A stretch of DNA of 50,953 bases from contig NW_005434625.1 of assembly GCF_000315625.1 (NCBI RefSeq), forward strand, positions 26,924-77,876, in the 5' to 3' direction. The notes under the pieces are model-generated. The model was not told where the DNA came from, did not search any database, and saw only the letters and a program-made list of their open reading frames with translations. A program made the position numbers and the translations under genes. Below are positions 22,901-34,629 of this stretch, piece after piece. Every line of letters begins with the position of its first letter. The first letter of the stretch is position 1. The stretch is from Guillardia theta CCMP2712. Lineage: Eukaryota; Protista; Cryptophyta.

Positions 22901-25900
22901 CTCTCTCCCTCTCTCTCCCTCTCTCTCCCTCTCTCACCTGCGTCGAGAAGCGTCCAAGGTCAGCAGCGCCCACTGGCTGTCGCCCAGCTCGAGAGCATCG
23001 ATCATGATCTCGTCACTGTCTCTTCCCGGTTTGAGCTGAAGCGCTACCACAGTCGAAGATGCAAGTTCCAGGATGTCGTGATAGGAAGATGGCTGAGGCA
23101 TGCGCATCCTCTGGATGCAGTACTCAAGCTTTTCAAAGAGATCGCCGAGCATGTCGACAGGCCTTGCCATGCTCTCCACAAGCTTCCTCGCAAAGATCCC
23201 TGACCGATAGCCTCCCTCTCCTACCCCGTCACAGAGCACAGTCAAGCTGTCTTTGATCTCGAAGGCGTCATCATACGGCAGCCAACCATGATAGCGAGGG
23301 TCCATGTGCTTGCCTGGCATGCCCTTGAGGCTCACGTACGCCTCGCTGAAGATGCAGCTTCCAGGCTCTGGCCCAGGTGCCTGGCGCTTCGCCAGCCGCG
23401 GGTCCCGGGCGGGCCTTGTGTACGGCCTGGCGACTGGGAGGTCAGCTCTGGAGCTTGGGGATGCTCCGCTCTGTGCTGGAGGGACGGCAGAGGTCTGCGG
23501 TGCCTGCTCTCGTGCGAGGCTGGCTTGAAGCGACTCCAGCTTCATGCGTGTCTCTCTTTCACTGCTTAGCTCCGTCTGCAGTTTCTGTATGCTGGCCTCG
23601 AGGTCCTTGATGGTGTCGATGGCTTGCTTGCGGGCATGCTGGGCGGCAGCATGGGCTTGCCTCTCAGCCTCGAGGCTCTTGCGCAGCTCGTCAATCTGCT
23701 CCTTGGCTTTGCTTTGGGTCGTTTCTATCGCGCCGGCCATGTCCTGCACCTCTTCAAGGCCGTCGTGTAGCGCTCGTGCTTGTTGCTGCGACTTAGCGGC
23801 TTGCTTGTCGCGGGCGGACTGGGCGCTGCGCCGACACTTGAGCAGCAGCTCCTGATACCTGACCGCCTCGATCTCGTATTGCTTTGTCCGCTTCGTTTGG
23901 TCTTCAAGCCTCTGCTCGAGTTGAAGGATCTCTAGCTTGAGCTCTTCCTTGCCGAGCTCCTCGTCCTCACCGTCGGAGATGATGATGGCATCGCTCGCTT
24001 GATCCCCGGGCAGAGCGCCTGCGAGGCTGTCCTGATGGCTACCCGTCCTGCTTCGTTTCCTGTGTGGCGGCATTCCAGTCCGATGAGAGCGGGTGGGAGA
24101 GTGCAAGGCGCTTTTGTAGGGATGGACGGGGAACAAGGGGATGCGGGGAGGAAGGGGGTGGGGTGGTGACGGTGCTGGACAAACACGTGGTGCTGAGAGG
24201 GAGGAAGACGGGTGGCCGCAGCTGAGTAGATACGGAGAGGGTGGGGGTGGTGTTTTGCTGGGTGTCTCTAGGCAGTAGGAGAGGCTAGTGGGGGGTAGGA
24301 GGGGGGCTAGGAAGGCTAGGACCCAGGCTTTCTTACCACTGATACAGGTTCAATCTCAGTACTACTAATGAAATGTTTGAGTCACCGGCTACGGTACTAT
24401 CAAAGGCTTTGAGTAAACTTATCCGATGGCATAGGCGGACTCGCCTCCGAATCTGAGTCAGGCCGTCCGCCGCGCAGCCTCCCGGACACTCTCTGAGTGC
24501 CAATGATGCCGCCGCAGGGCTGAGCGGCCCGGCCTGACCGTCAGCAGGGACCGGGATCCTTTCAAGTTTCTTACAACCGGTTGAATGTAACCGCGGGGAC
24601 TCCTGAGCGGCGCCGCGGCGGCCCACCCGGACCGTCCGATCCTATCCGATCGGGTCACTGAGTCACCGCCGGTGACTAAGCACCCGTGACCGTCACAGAG
24701 TCCGATCACGCGGCCCGGGCCGCGACTCAGCGTAGCGCACCGTGCCACGGCCCGCGGCGCCGTCTCGATTTTGTTTCACATTGAACGGTTGCCCCGTCCG
24801 AAGTTCCTGGGCCGCGCGGCCAGTGTATGGCAGGCGGCGGACCGATCCGCGATGATAGTACTCTGCCGCAGCCTTGGGGTGCCCCGTTGACCGGACCAGT
24901 CAGTCGCGGTCATGAACGCGCTGCCGCACTGAACAGTACTTGGCGATACCCCTCGTGACCTCGTCAAGGTTTATGTCACAGTCGCCCTCGGAAAGACTCT
25001 CCATGCGGACCTCAACCCCTCTCTGCTGCTGCCCTCGAGACACTGTCATGCGAGACACGATCAGAGTCAGATCGTCCTTCTTCCCCATCGACCTATCCAT
25101 CCTGTTCTCCGTCCTCTCCCGCAGCCTTCCTCCAAGACCCTCGACGAAGCCCCCGTGTCCGAAGTCACCAAGTACCTCCTCCGACATCGTCTCCAAGGCC
25201 GATCTCCTCGCGTGGTCGTCCGAGCCCAGGTTCTCCCAGAAGCCGTCGCTTCCTGCTACGATGATGTCGCCTGATCGCGCATACATCCGCTGCAAGATCT
25301 CGTTCTTCCTGTCTCTGTACTGCCGCATGTGCCCTTGGTTCATCCCCGCCTGGTACGGAGGTCTCTTGCCGTTGTCGTGCGGAGAGTGGAAGCGAGGGGG
25401 CGACAGGTACTCGCACCGAGCCCTGCACCCACACCTCCGTGACGACTCGCTAGCAGCCCCGACCACCCTCCCCCCCCCCCCTCTTCCTCTCTCTCCCTCT
25501 CTCTCCCTCTCTCTCCCTCTCTCACCTGCGTCGAGAAGCGTCCAAGGTCAGCAGCGCCCACTGGCTGTCGCCCAGCTCGAGAGCATCGATCATGATCTCG
25601 TCACTGTCTCTTCCCGGTTTGAGCTGAAGCGCTACCACAGTCGAAGATGCAAGTTCCAGGATGTCGTGATAGGAAGAGGTCTGAGGCATGCGCATCCTCT
25701 GGATGCAGTACTCAAGCTTTTCAAAGAGATCGCCGAGCATGTCGACAGGCCTTGCCATGCTCTCCACAAGCTTCCTCGCAAAGATCCCTGACCGATAGCC
25801 TCCCTCTCCTACCCCGTCACAGAGCACAGTCAAGCTGTCTTTGATCTCGAAGGCGTCATCATACGGCAGCCAACCATGATAGCGAGGGTCCATGTGCTTG

Positions 25901-28202
25901 CCTGGCATGCCCTTGAGGCTCACGTACGCCTCGCTGAAGATGCAGCTTCCAGGCTCTGGCCCAGGTGCCTGGCGCTTCGCCAGCCGCGGGTCCCGGGCGG
26001 GCCTTGTGTACGGCCTGGCGACTGGGAGGTCAGCTCTGGAGCTTGGGGATGCTCCGCTCTGTGCTGGAGGGACGGCAGAGGTCTGCGGTGCCTGCTCTCG
26101 TGCGAGGCTGGCTTGAAGCGACTCCAGCTTCATGCGTGTCTCTCTTTCACTGCTTAGCTCCGTCTGCAGTTTCTGTATGCTGGCCTCGAGGTCCTTGATG
26201 GTGTCGATGGCTTGCTTGCGGGCATGCTGGGCGGCAGCATGGGCTTGCCTCTCAGCCTCGAGGCTCTTGCGCAGCTCGTCAATCTGCTCCTTGGCTTTGC
26301 TTTGGGTCGTTTCTATCGCGCCGGCCATGTCCTGCACCTCTCCAAGGCCGTCGTGTAGCGCTCGTGCTTGTTGCTGCGACTTAGCGGCTTGCTTGTCGCG
26401 GGCAGACTGGGCGCCTGCGCCGACACTGAGCAGCANNNNNNNNNNNNNNNNNNNNNNNNNNNNNNNNNNNNNNNNNNNNNNNNNNNNNNNNNNNNNNNNN
26501 NNNNNNNNNNNNNNNNNNNNNNNNNNNNNNNNNNNCCCTCCCTCCCACTCCCTCCGCCCTCGCCTCCCTCCTCGCCTCCCTCCCTCCCTCCCTCCTTCCC
26601 TCCCTCCCTCCCTCCCTCCCTCCCTCCCTCCTTCGAGCTTCGTCACCTGCCTATCACCCGCGAGTCTTCACCAAACAATTGGAGCTGACCGAAGAGGTCA
26701 GACGAGAAACATGTCGGGGAAGACATCAGTACCTTGCTTCGAGGCCAGACCACAACGTCTTTGTGGCAGACATGTTCACCTACAGCTCGTGACCATTGCT
26801 CCTTCCCCTTGCTAGCCTCTTCCTCTCCCTCCTTCCTCCCCTCCCCTCCCTCATCATCTCCTTCCTTCTTCCGCTCCTCCAGGCCTGACCTTGATGCAGC
26901 CTGATCCTCAACGTTTCTCCTTTCGCCACCTCCACTTTGCCTGCTCCTCCCCCTGCCCTATCGAGAACCTCCTGCAAGCTTGCCCAAGTCGGCAGCCCTG
27001 TCCTCCCCGTCCCCTTGGCCTTCACGCAAGGGACCTGACGAGGAGTCACGGAAGAGGAGCAGCAGCGAACGCACATGAATCACTGCGCCCGTCCTGTTCC
27101 ACCCGCCCTGCAGAAGCAGCAAGGAGCTGTTGTGCTCGTTGTACACGTGCTCCGAGTCAAGTTCGCCGAACTGCAAGAGCAACTCAGCGTCCTTCGCCCC
27201 GCCGGCTGTCCCCTCAACCTCTGGGATCTCTTTCAGATTCCCGATCTTCACTCGCGTCACATTGCGGACCCTCCCATCCTCGTCCTCGACTTGCACATCC
27301 TGACACTCGTCGTCGGGGCCGAACGGATCCCAGCTCGAGGTGCTGGACTCCGACAGGCTGACGTTGGACAAGGGAGGAGACAGGGCGGTCAAGCCATAGT
27401 TCCTGTGAAGATCACTAGTATTGCTGTGATCAGAGAAACCGGTTTCTTCCGCGCTTCTCACTCTGCTCTGCCTCCTCTTCTTCCATATCTGCGACTGTTT
27501 CTTGACAGAGCTATTCCAGTCCAGCCCCTTGACCTCCGGGGCGTCAAAGTTGGGGTGGACTTCCTCGTCGAAGGGATCGTGGTACATGGCTGGTTCAGCG
27601 CCGTCCCCAGACGAGGACGAGAGCTGAACCAGGAGGTCCTGCGACCAACAGCACTCATTGGAACGGGAGCAGGCAGACAAGACCTCCACACCTCCTCCAT
27701 TTCCTCATCGTCGAGAGCAAGAAGATGGTCTGGAAGGGCATCCTTCCCAACGCCCGCATCCTCAACGACCTGTCGAGGCTGTGCTTCTTAGCGATCAACC
27801 CAAGCGCAGGATGCCAGGAGACCTCTCCTGCCTCTCTCGCTCTTTTTGAGCCCACCTCCTCCTGAGCTCATTTTCGGTCAAAGAGACTGAAGAATTTCAA
27901 GGTTTCACCTGCTCTCCCGGCAACCCCGACGCTGCTTCCAGTCCTCGTTTCCTTGCCCAGTGATCGGATCCTCCCCTCAGGCTCAGCGTGTATGTCACCA
28001 GACCCCGCAGAAGGTCAACAGGGGACAGCTCGTCCGACTTCGACGTGGAGAAGAAGGTTGCATGCGGCATGCTGCCTGCAGTGTTCATATGGACGACACC
28101 GAAACAGACCCTCCCACCTCCCTCCCACCTCCCCCCCACCTCCCGCACTTCTGCTCACCTTAGGAGAAAGAGAATGAAGGGGATCATCGAGGACACGTTC
28201 AT
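18315..28202 (-). CDS. Multi-exon signal-peptide protein with an LRGG motif and a probable right-handed beta-helix region; one apparent intron (20222-26646) contains PP2C-like copies A-C and two gaps
   Basis: ATG 28202 gives MNVSSMIPFILFLLS. Exons 26779-26733, 26684-26647, 20221-20158 and 20107 onward splice in phase to GEHVCHKDVVVWPRSKLQLFGEDSRVIGRWIVREGSRGYFTSVTFVSIESLLDSFRPCLL. 3' end approximate; beta-helix call is tentative. Confidence 0.6.
19572..19682. repeat. (GACGAG)n microsatellite, probably intronic
   Basis: Visible tandem hexamer between a minus-strand donor near 19773 and an acceptor near 19549. Confidence 0.85.
20870..21873 (-). CDS. PP2C/PTC7-like array copy A (partial, 3' end in gap; 373-bp deletion immediately upstream of the ATG)
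   Basis: Near-identical to copy B; sequence equivalent to 24078-24450 is missing. Confidence 0.75.
22312..24073 (-). CDS. Array copy B: ~552-aa coiled-coil + PTC7-like PP2C (PPM) phosphatase; intron 22835-22937
   Basis: PPM motifs YDDAF, LCDGVG, SSTVV, LGDS, GDIIVAGSDGFWENL, KKDDLTLIV. The GT-AG intron with a CTGAC branch point restores frame (SRR-R-ARCEY). Confidence 0.85.
24900..26434 (-). CDS. Array copy C (5' end in gap); intron 25423-25525 has a divergent 3' half
   Basis: Repeat of copy B at +2588 bp. Confidence 0.8.
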
Positions 28203-28359
28203 GATCGGGTTGTAAGATCAAGGTGCATGCATGCATGCCTGGCGTACATCCTCCATCCTCGCCTCCTTCTCCTTCCTTTGATCGCTTCACCCCCACCGCT
28301 GCTCAACTTCATGCTTCCGAAAGTTTGCTACCGCCAAACAGTCTCAGTAAGAACTGGAC

Positions 28360-28990
28360 TCCCGGAGTCCGGCGGAGTCCGAGCGGGGCGGCCCGGCCGG
28401 GCAGTGCCGCTGTGCCGGCCGCAGTGCCGCCTCAGTGCGGCCGCCCGGCCGGGCGGGCGGCCACCGTGCGCCGCGGCCAGCGGTGGCGCTCACTGCCGCT
28501 GTCACGGTCGGGCTCCCGATTGTGCGGCCCCGGCGGCAGTCGGAGCCTCGGAGCCCGGCCAGCGGCTCAGGCCTGCTCAGGGCGATCCTGCTCCGAGTCA
28601 GGTCAGGCAGTGCTCAGTGCGATCCGGCGACCGGGTGCCTGGGCGTTCCGAGTTCCGAAGTTCCTGCGGCCGCTCACGCACAGGCTGGCAGCCTGAGCAC
28701 TGAGTCGGAGTAAAAGTGAATCAGCTGAGCAGCTAACTGAGTTTCCGACAGTGGCAGTTGGCACTCGCGGCCTCACGGTGCGGTCCGAGCGCCTCGGAGG
28801 CTCATATCAGTGTGTGAAAGCACGGCGATCATCGGATCCGAAACTTGACTCGAATGATCTCGGATCACGACCGTCAGTGTCCGGCGCTCCAACCTGGACC
28901 TCCTCAGACTGGCAATCTAATGATCTTCATTTGCATCTGTGCCGTACGGTACGATATCATGGTCGTGATCTGACCCCGACATTCTGAAGT
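28360..28990. other. GC-rich non-coding island
   Basis: Same CCGG/GGCC/GATC-rich composition as the other islands. Confidence 0.55.
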
Positions 28991-29336
28991 GCGGCATCGG
29001 ACTGAGTTCTCAGGCTACGGTCCTCACATCCTTCTCCTTCTCCTTAGAAGAACAGCTACAATTTCCAGCATGTTTCACTGCCAACATGAGTTGGAGGAAT
29101 CTGCTTTCAGTCAATGCAAGTCGTCTGCATTTCTTTGCTGTTTGTTTTGCGATAAAGAATTATTCTCGAATTCGTTGTCCTCGTGCTATCTTAACTTCTC
29201 CCCTTCGCTCTCGTTGAGCATGGCAACTCAAGACTGCTGTCGTGGATTTCCACTTTATGCATTTTCACGAGAAAGTCCAAAATTTTATTTCATCTTACAA
29301 TAAAGCACAGAAAATTCATGAAGAAAGTATCAATGT

Positions 29337-29645
29337 TCAAAGTTGCATGAGAGCACCATTCGCGCGTCTGATAACCGGTCTTTCGTTTCGTGATAGCAAC
29401 GCTATGCAATATTGCAGCGCTTCAAGTTGTTTCTGGCGACTTGGCCCAGAAGAGCCTCTCATGGTCGGCGCGTCCTTGTATTCATCTTGCTTGCTTCGCA
29501 AAGCACGAGGAAGAGTCAAGTAGGAGGGTTCCTCGTAACGTGCAGCATCCATCGAAGATGCGAAGGTTTCGATCTCGATCGCGGCATGAGCCACGTCGGG
29601 CTCAGCATTCGCTGACATATCCAACATCGCAAAGTCGTCTTGCAT
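29337..29645 (-). CDS. Possible exon of a hypothetical protein
   Basis: 102-codon ORF with protein-like composition; no recognised domain. Confidence 0.3.
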   Translation of the reverse strand: MQDDFAMLDMSANAEPDVAHAAIEIETFASSMDAARYEEPSYLTLPRALRSKQDEYKDAPTMRGSSGPSRQKQLEALQYCIALLSRNERPVIRRANGALMQL

Positions 29646-30077
29646 CGTGGAGAAGAGGTTCTTGGGCAGGAGAGTTCGTGGAGGATGCCGATGGTGTTGG
29701 AGGAGGCGGATGAAATGAATGTATAAGCTCCCATGTCAGCTGCACCGAAATGCTGACATAAAAAGATATCTGTCCGTTGAAATCGAGTCTTTTCCTTCTC
29801 AGCAGTCTCATCGCACATCAGCATCCCTCGTGATGTGTGTCATCCTGTAAGTGGCTGTCACATGAGTGACCCTTGACTCATGACCGGCACGGTGAAGTGA
29901 AGAGGCCCAGTTCAGCCGGCAGTCTACTAGGCCGGCAGCCGGGCCGGGCCGGGCCGGGCCGGGCCCACTTGCGGTGGCTGGCCCGACGCGGCCCGTTTTC
30001 TAGAACGTCTTTGTTGTCACGAATGAGGAAGGCGGGGGAGGAGAAGCGGGAGAGAGAGAAGAGAAGAAAGCAAGCAA

Positions 30078-30230
30078 GCAAGAAGAGATGGAAGGAAGAA
30101 GAGATGGAAGGAAGAAGAGATGGAAGGAGAAGAGTTGGAAGGAAGAAGAGATGGAAGGAGAAGAGATGGAAGGAAGAAGAGATGGAAGGAAGAAGAGATG
30201 GAAGGAAGAAGAGATGGGAAGATGGTGGAA
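30078..30230. repeat. GA-rich minisatellite, 16-bp unit GGAAGAAGAGATGGAA
   Basis: About 9 visible tandem copies with variants. Confidence 0.85.
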
Positions 30231-30424
30231 GGAATGAAGTGGGTTTGCAAGGGTTACACCACAAAGGTAGGCAAAGCGAGGTTGAAACATCAGCCAAGGA
30301 GCTGGTGTGAGCGCAGGGTACAAGCAAAGCAAGTCTTTGAGATCAGATTATGCGATTTGTTTTCTTGCCTGTACTTTGTTATTTCATCAAAATAAGTCGT
30401 TTACTAATGGTGAGTCATCAGAAC

Positions 30425-31279
30425 ATGCCCGTAGATTATTCCAAGTGGGACAAGCTTGCAGCAAGTGACAGCGAGGACGAGGAAGAAAAGAAGGCGCCTC
30501 AGAGCAAGAGGGTCGTCAAGGAGGATGAAAAGATAGTGCAGCCCAAATTAAGCGCCCCTAAGGTAACGCAACGCCAGGGATTGATATGTTCCGTTGTGCT
30601 GAGAAAGTGGCGGTAGGAAGCAAGTGGATCGGCTTGGAATGCCAGCAACTATCACTGGGAGGAGCAAAAGCTGGACGTGTGGGGCAAACAACGGCTCAAG
30701 GATGTCCTCAAACCCAAAGCAACACTGAGCTTCACCTACAACCAGACAGAACTGACCTACGAGATGAACTTCGACGTCGACACGATCACTGGAGACGTTT
30801 GGTCGCACATCCGCAAGGGCAAGAGTGTGTTGGGATACAACCTCGAGTTCTCTCTGGTGGTGACGGGCAAGGTGAAGACGTCGAGCCGTGAGGAGATGTT
30901 GAACGCTTCCTTGGAGTGTGACCTGATGGTCGACCATGAGGAGGATCCTGTTGTCAGGTTTACAGCGGGTGACAATCTTCCCTTCAAAGACACTGTGAAG
31001 AAATGCATCCTTGCCGAGTATCACTCAAGAATAGGGTTCTTCCTCAAGGAGCTCGAGGTACGTTTCCACTTGCTGTCTGCCGCACGATGAGTGACATGGT
31101 TGGCCTGTCTGCTGCAGACAAAAGCTGACGAGAGGAAAAGCAAGATCGAAGAATCGGCGAAGACTCAGGCGACCAGCTCGGAACAAGCAACGACTGCTAA
31201 GTCACACTTCGGGGGTCGAGTACAGGTCGGAGGACACAACCCGCAGGGGCTACGAATTGAGAAAGATAACAAAGACTGA
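30425..31279 (+). CDS. Aha1 N-terminal-domain (Hch1-like) Hsp90 co-chaperone; introns 30563-30616 and 31058-31117
   Basis: SAWNASNYHWEEQ (NxNNWHW-type motif), ITGDVWSHIRKGKSVLGYNLEFSL. N-terminus MPVDYSKWDKLAASDSEDE. Confidence 0.8.
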
Positions 31280-31465
31280 CGGCAAGAGGGATTTCAGACA
31301 ATTCAGAAGCTCACTCGCCTAAGTTACCTTACGAGAACGTGACATGATTTTTTTCTTAAGATCAGAAGTTTTTATTTTTGCAATGAAGTCAAAAAAGCTG
31401 CCAAGCTCATTATTATTACTGAGCAAGCAGAGAAACCAACGAAAGAGAAGAAATCGAAAGCGGAG

Positions 31466-32747
31466 TTATGCTTGCTCGAAGAACACAACTATGGCCGTGA
31501 TGTCGTCAACAACCTGTTTCACGTGTCATCAAACGACGGCATGCAACAAGTCACATGCACACCTCTTCTTCAGCTCGCCATTCCTGATAGGATTTGGCGC
31601 ATATCTGAAGGGCACATCAATACGACCATTCGCCTGACCACATACACAAACCTCCTGCGCTGCCCGTTCTGCATCACCGTTGCAGCTCTCAACAATCCCG
31701 ACGACTTGCTGTACAAGCAAAGAAATCAGCTCAGCGATGGAAAAATATGGCACTCACCTCGTTTGACAAGAATTCCCACACACCATCGGAAGCGATCACC
31801 ATGAACTGGTCAGCCTCACTCATGTCGTAGACCAGGACCTGAAGATGCATCAGAACAAACAACACGTAGTTTCATTTTACCTCCGGGTTCGCATAAACTC
31901 CAACAGTTGCAGCAATATCATCGCCAAGAGAACGGGACATCGCCAACCCCTGCATGACAAGCAGACGAGTCAACCAGCGTCTTTTGCCACTGAAAGCAGA
32001 ACAGACCGGTAACATCATGTTTGGAAGCCACACCCTCGCAGGCCCAATGGGCTCTCCATCTTCATCAAAAAGAGGTTCTACCCTGCCCCCACTCGCAATA
32101 ATGCGTCTTCTCTCGTCCTCGCGGTCCGGTTTTTGATCGTCGGAAAGCGGTTTGGCAACCAGTTTTCCGCCTTCCATGGTAGCAATAACTGCTCGAGAAT
32201 CACCAGAGTTCGCTATTACAACCTTACGTTTTCCAGGTGCTCCAATCACAACACCACCCACTGCAGTCGTGCCACTTAGCGAGGAATCAATAGACCGTTC
32301 GACTTCCAATGACTTGTTCACTTCGATGAAACTCTTCTCTAGCATTTTGCTTACAACGCTGCTATCAATGCCATCTGCTCGGACTGATTGAGCTTTTAAA
32401 GTTTCCTTGTCCAACGCAAGGGGCCACATTCGTTTGACATACGCAGATACTAGATGGCCAACAGCTCCATGGCCATCAAAAACTCCAAAGAGGGAAACAC
32501 TAGGATGGCCAAACTCTGGGATCGAAACGTAGGCATCCTGATTCGTCTTTTTGTTACCATCTGGTTCATAGCCAGCATTGGACAGACAGGCATATCTCAA
32601 CGACGAAGTCGCTCCCTTCTCCTTGCTTTGACCCTCTGTGTTCTTATCAAACCCTATGTTGGGCAGGCCAGTCACAGACAAACGACGATTCTGGCGATCC
32701 ATTTGTTGCTGTGCCGCTTTTTTCTTCTTAGAGAAAGCACCGCCCAT
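31466..32747 (-). CDS. Canonical PP2C protein phosphatase, probably N-myristoylated (MGGAFS + basic patch); multi-exon
   Basis: NQDA, FGVFDGHG, SGTTA, ANSGDSRAV, DQKPDREDERRRI, GLAMSRSLGD, IASDGVWEFLSNE, DDITAIVV; short GT-AG introns. Confidence 0.9.
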
Positions 32748-34019
32748 ACTCTCTCTGATCCGAGAGAGGAACTTCCCAACACACTGCTTCGCTTGCCTCT
32801 ACAAAAATGTCTTGTCTGTTCGAACGCAAAATCAATACAAAGAAAGAAAGGGGTTGCGACGACAAGAAAAGAACAGCCACAAGTTTGATCTATCAACTCT
32901 AGCTTGCTCCGGACTTCTCTCAATACCAATGCCTGCAATGACTTACACTCGACAACTTACTTCTTTGCTATGGATCGTATCCCTTCAGTTCAACCTTTTG
33001 ATTCTCATCAAACTCACTCATTACCTTCTCTGTCCCACATCATCATTTAGTTGAAATAACTCATGCTGATCGAGATCACCATATCCGAAAATTCGCTGTA
33101 ATATCCTTTTCTAGCAAGCCTTCCGTCTTGTTCCATTGGCTCCTCCCTCCCTTTCCATACGCTCTCCTTCCCCCAGCTTAATCACTCTTCCCATCCCTGC
33201 CCCATCTAGAATTCTGATATTCTTCGTCTTCATTCAGTTGCAAATCTTGTCTTACCTCTCTTTCTCCCTGTTTTTCAACCTATTTCTCACATGAACGGCG
33301 CCTCCTGAGACTGCTTCCTCACCCACTCGTATACTCGTCCTTAATTCTTCTTCTTCCTTTCTCACTTCAATCATCATAGAGTGACATGCTATCGCTGACG
33401 ATGTTTCTCATCATCATCAGAAGCATCGTCGTCAGCGTCAGCATCGTCAGAGACATGAAACCGCTGCCCCTGCAACCTCCCATGAGAGAGGCAGGGATAC
33501 AACCCCACCCCCTTTCGTCCTGCAATGAACATTTTGATGGACCACCCCTCATAAGAAGGTCTAAACCACCCCTCTGAGCCCTAACTCGGATATGGACGAC
33601 CAAAAGTTGGAAGTCACCGGTCCCTCTACACTCCTTTACCCCGCATGTCTTCCCTTATTGACTACCCACCCCCTTAGTCTCCTTTTGCTTGTCTTAACCC
33701 CCACCCCTCATTAGAGGAATTTTCATACTACATTCCCCAATCTATCTGGTTTTACCACCCTACCCCCTTTCTGGTCAAGCTCTTCCCCGACATTCTGCAC
33801 AAATCCGGACCCCACCACCAAACAGTCATCACCACCTACCCCCACATAAAGACTTTTCACCACCCCCTGTGACAGCACAGGGTTGGGACCCCATGAACTA
33901 AACCCCTGAATTGACTATCAAAAGGACCCCTTCCCCAGGTTTCTATCTCCGGTCTCCCCTTCTCTACATACCACCCCACCCTACTTTATGACTCAGATTC
34001 ACCCACCTTTGACTAATCA

Positions 34020-34458
34020 GGAGCGTTTCACGCGTGGCCCAGAGGTCCAGATTCCCAGAACCTGTTTGAAATATATTTCAAATATACATATTTTTAAATG
34101 TGAAATTGTCACGATCGTGTCACGGTCTTTTCCCGCCCGAGCCCGTCGTTTACATTGGGTGGTATAGGAAGGGTTAGATATTTTCTGAATACCATCATAT
34201 GTATTGCGGCATAGAATGGAGCTTGGGCTAGGCACATTTACGGTCCGGTCAGTACCCCACCCCCTGATTCTATCGGTGGGCCCCTGTGGGGGTGCAACTG
34301 CCCTGCTGACAAACTCGACCACAACGGTTCAAAAACTGGACCTTTGGGAATAAAATTCTCTTTTATGCCATTGGTCCAGATTATTTCAAATTTATTGAGT
34401 AAAATTAGTACCACGGGATCTGGGAATCTGGACCTCTGGGCCACGCGTGAAACGCTCC
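34020..34458. mobile_element. 439-bp MITE with perfect 40-bp TIRs and a TCA target-site duplication (PIF/Harbinger/Tourist-like)
   Basis: GGAGCGTTTCACGCGTGGCCCAGAGGTCCAGATTCCCAGA at 34020-34059 and its exact reverse complement at 34419-34458. TCA at 34017-34019 and 34459-34461. AT-rich non-coding interior. Confidence 0.9.
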
Positions 34459-34568
34459 TCAGTATCGTTCGAGCAGTCACGTAACATTTATTAGTTAATC
34501 GTTCACAAGGGCTGGTGCGGCCGGATACTACTGTGTCACGCCAGGGTCAAGCCTCCTCGACTCTCCTG

Positions 34569-34608
34569 ATTGTCCTCGTACTGATTTTAACTTAACTTTG
34601 AGTAAAGA
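34569..34608 (-). promoter_or_regulatory. Inverted copy of the conserved AT-rich element at 14855-14895
   Basis: 39/41 match; also sits next to a GC island. Confidence 0.45.
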
Positions 34609-34629
34609 ACTTGGTACTACTGTACTACC

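Noticed and set aside
22352-23203. 283-aa plus-strand ORF repeated in each array unit
   Set aside because: Antisense shadow of the phosphatase that crosses its intron; recurrence only reflects unit identity.
14855-34608. Giant TIR transposon bounded by the inverted 41-bp elements
   Set aside because: No TSD or transposase, the interior holds ordinary genes, and related motifs recur elsewhere; kept only as an alternative explanation.
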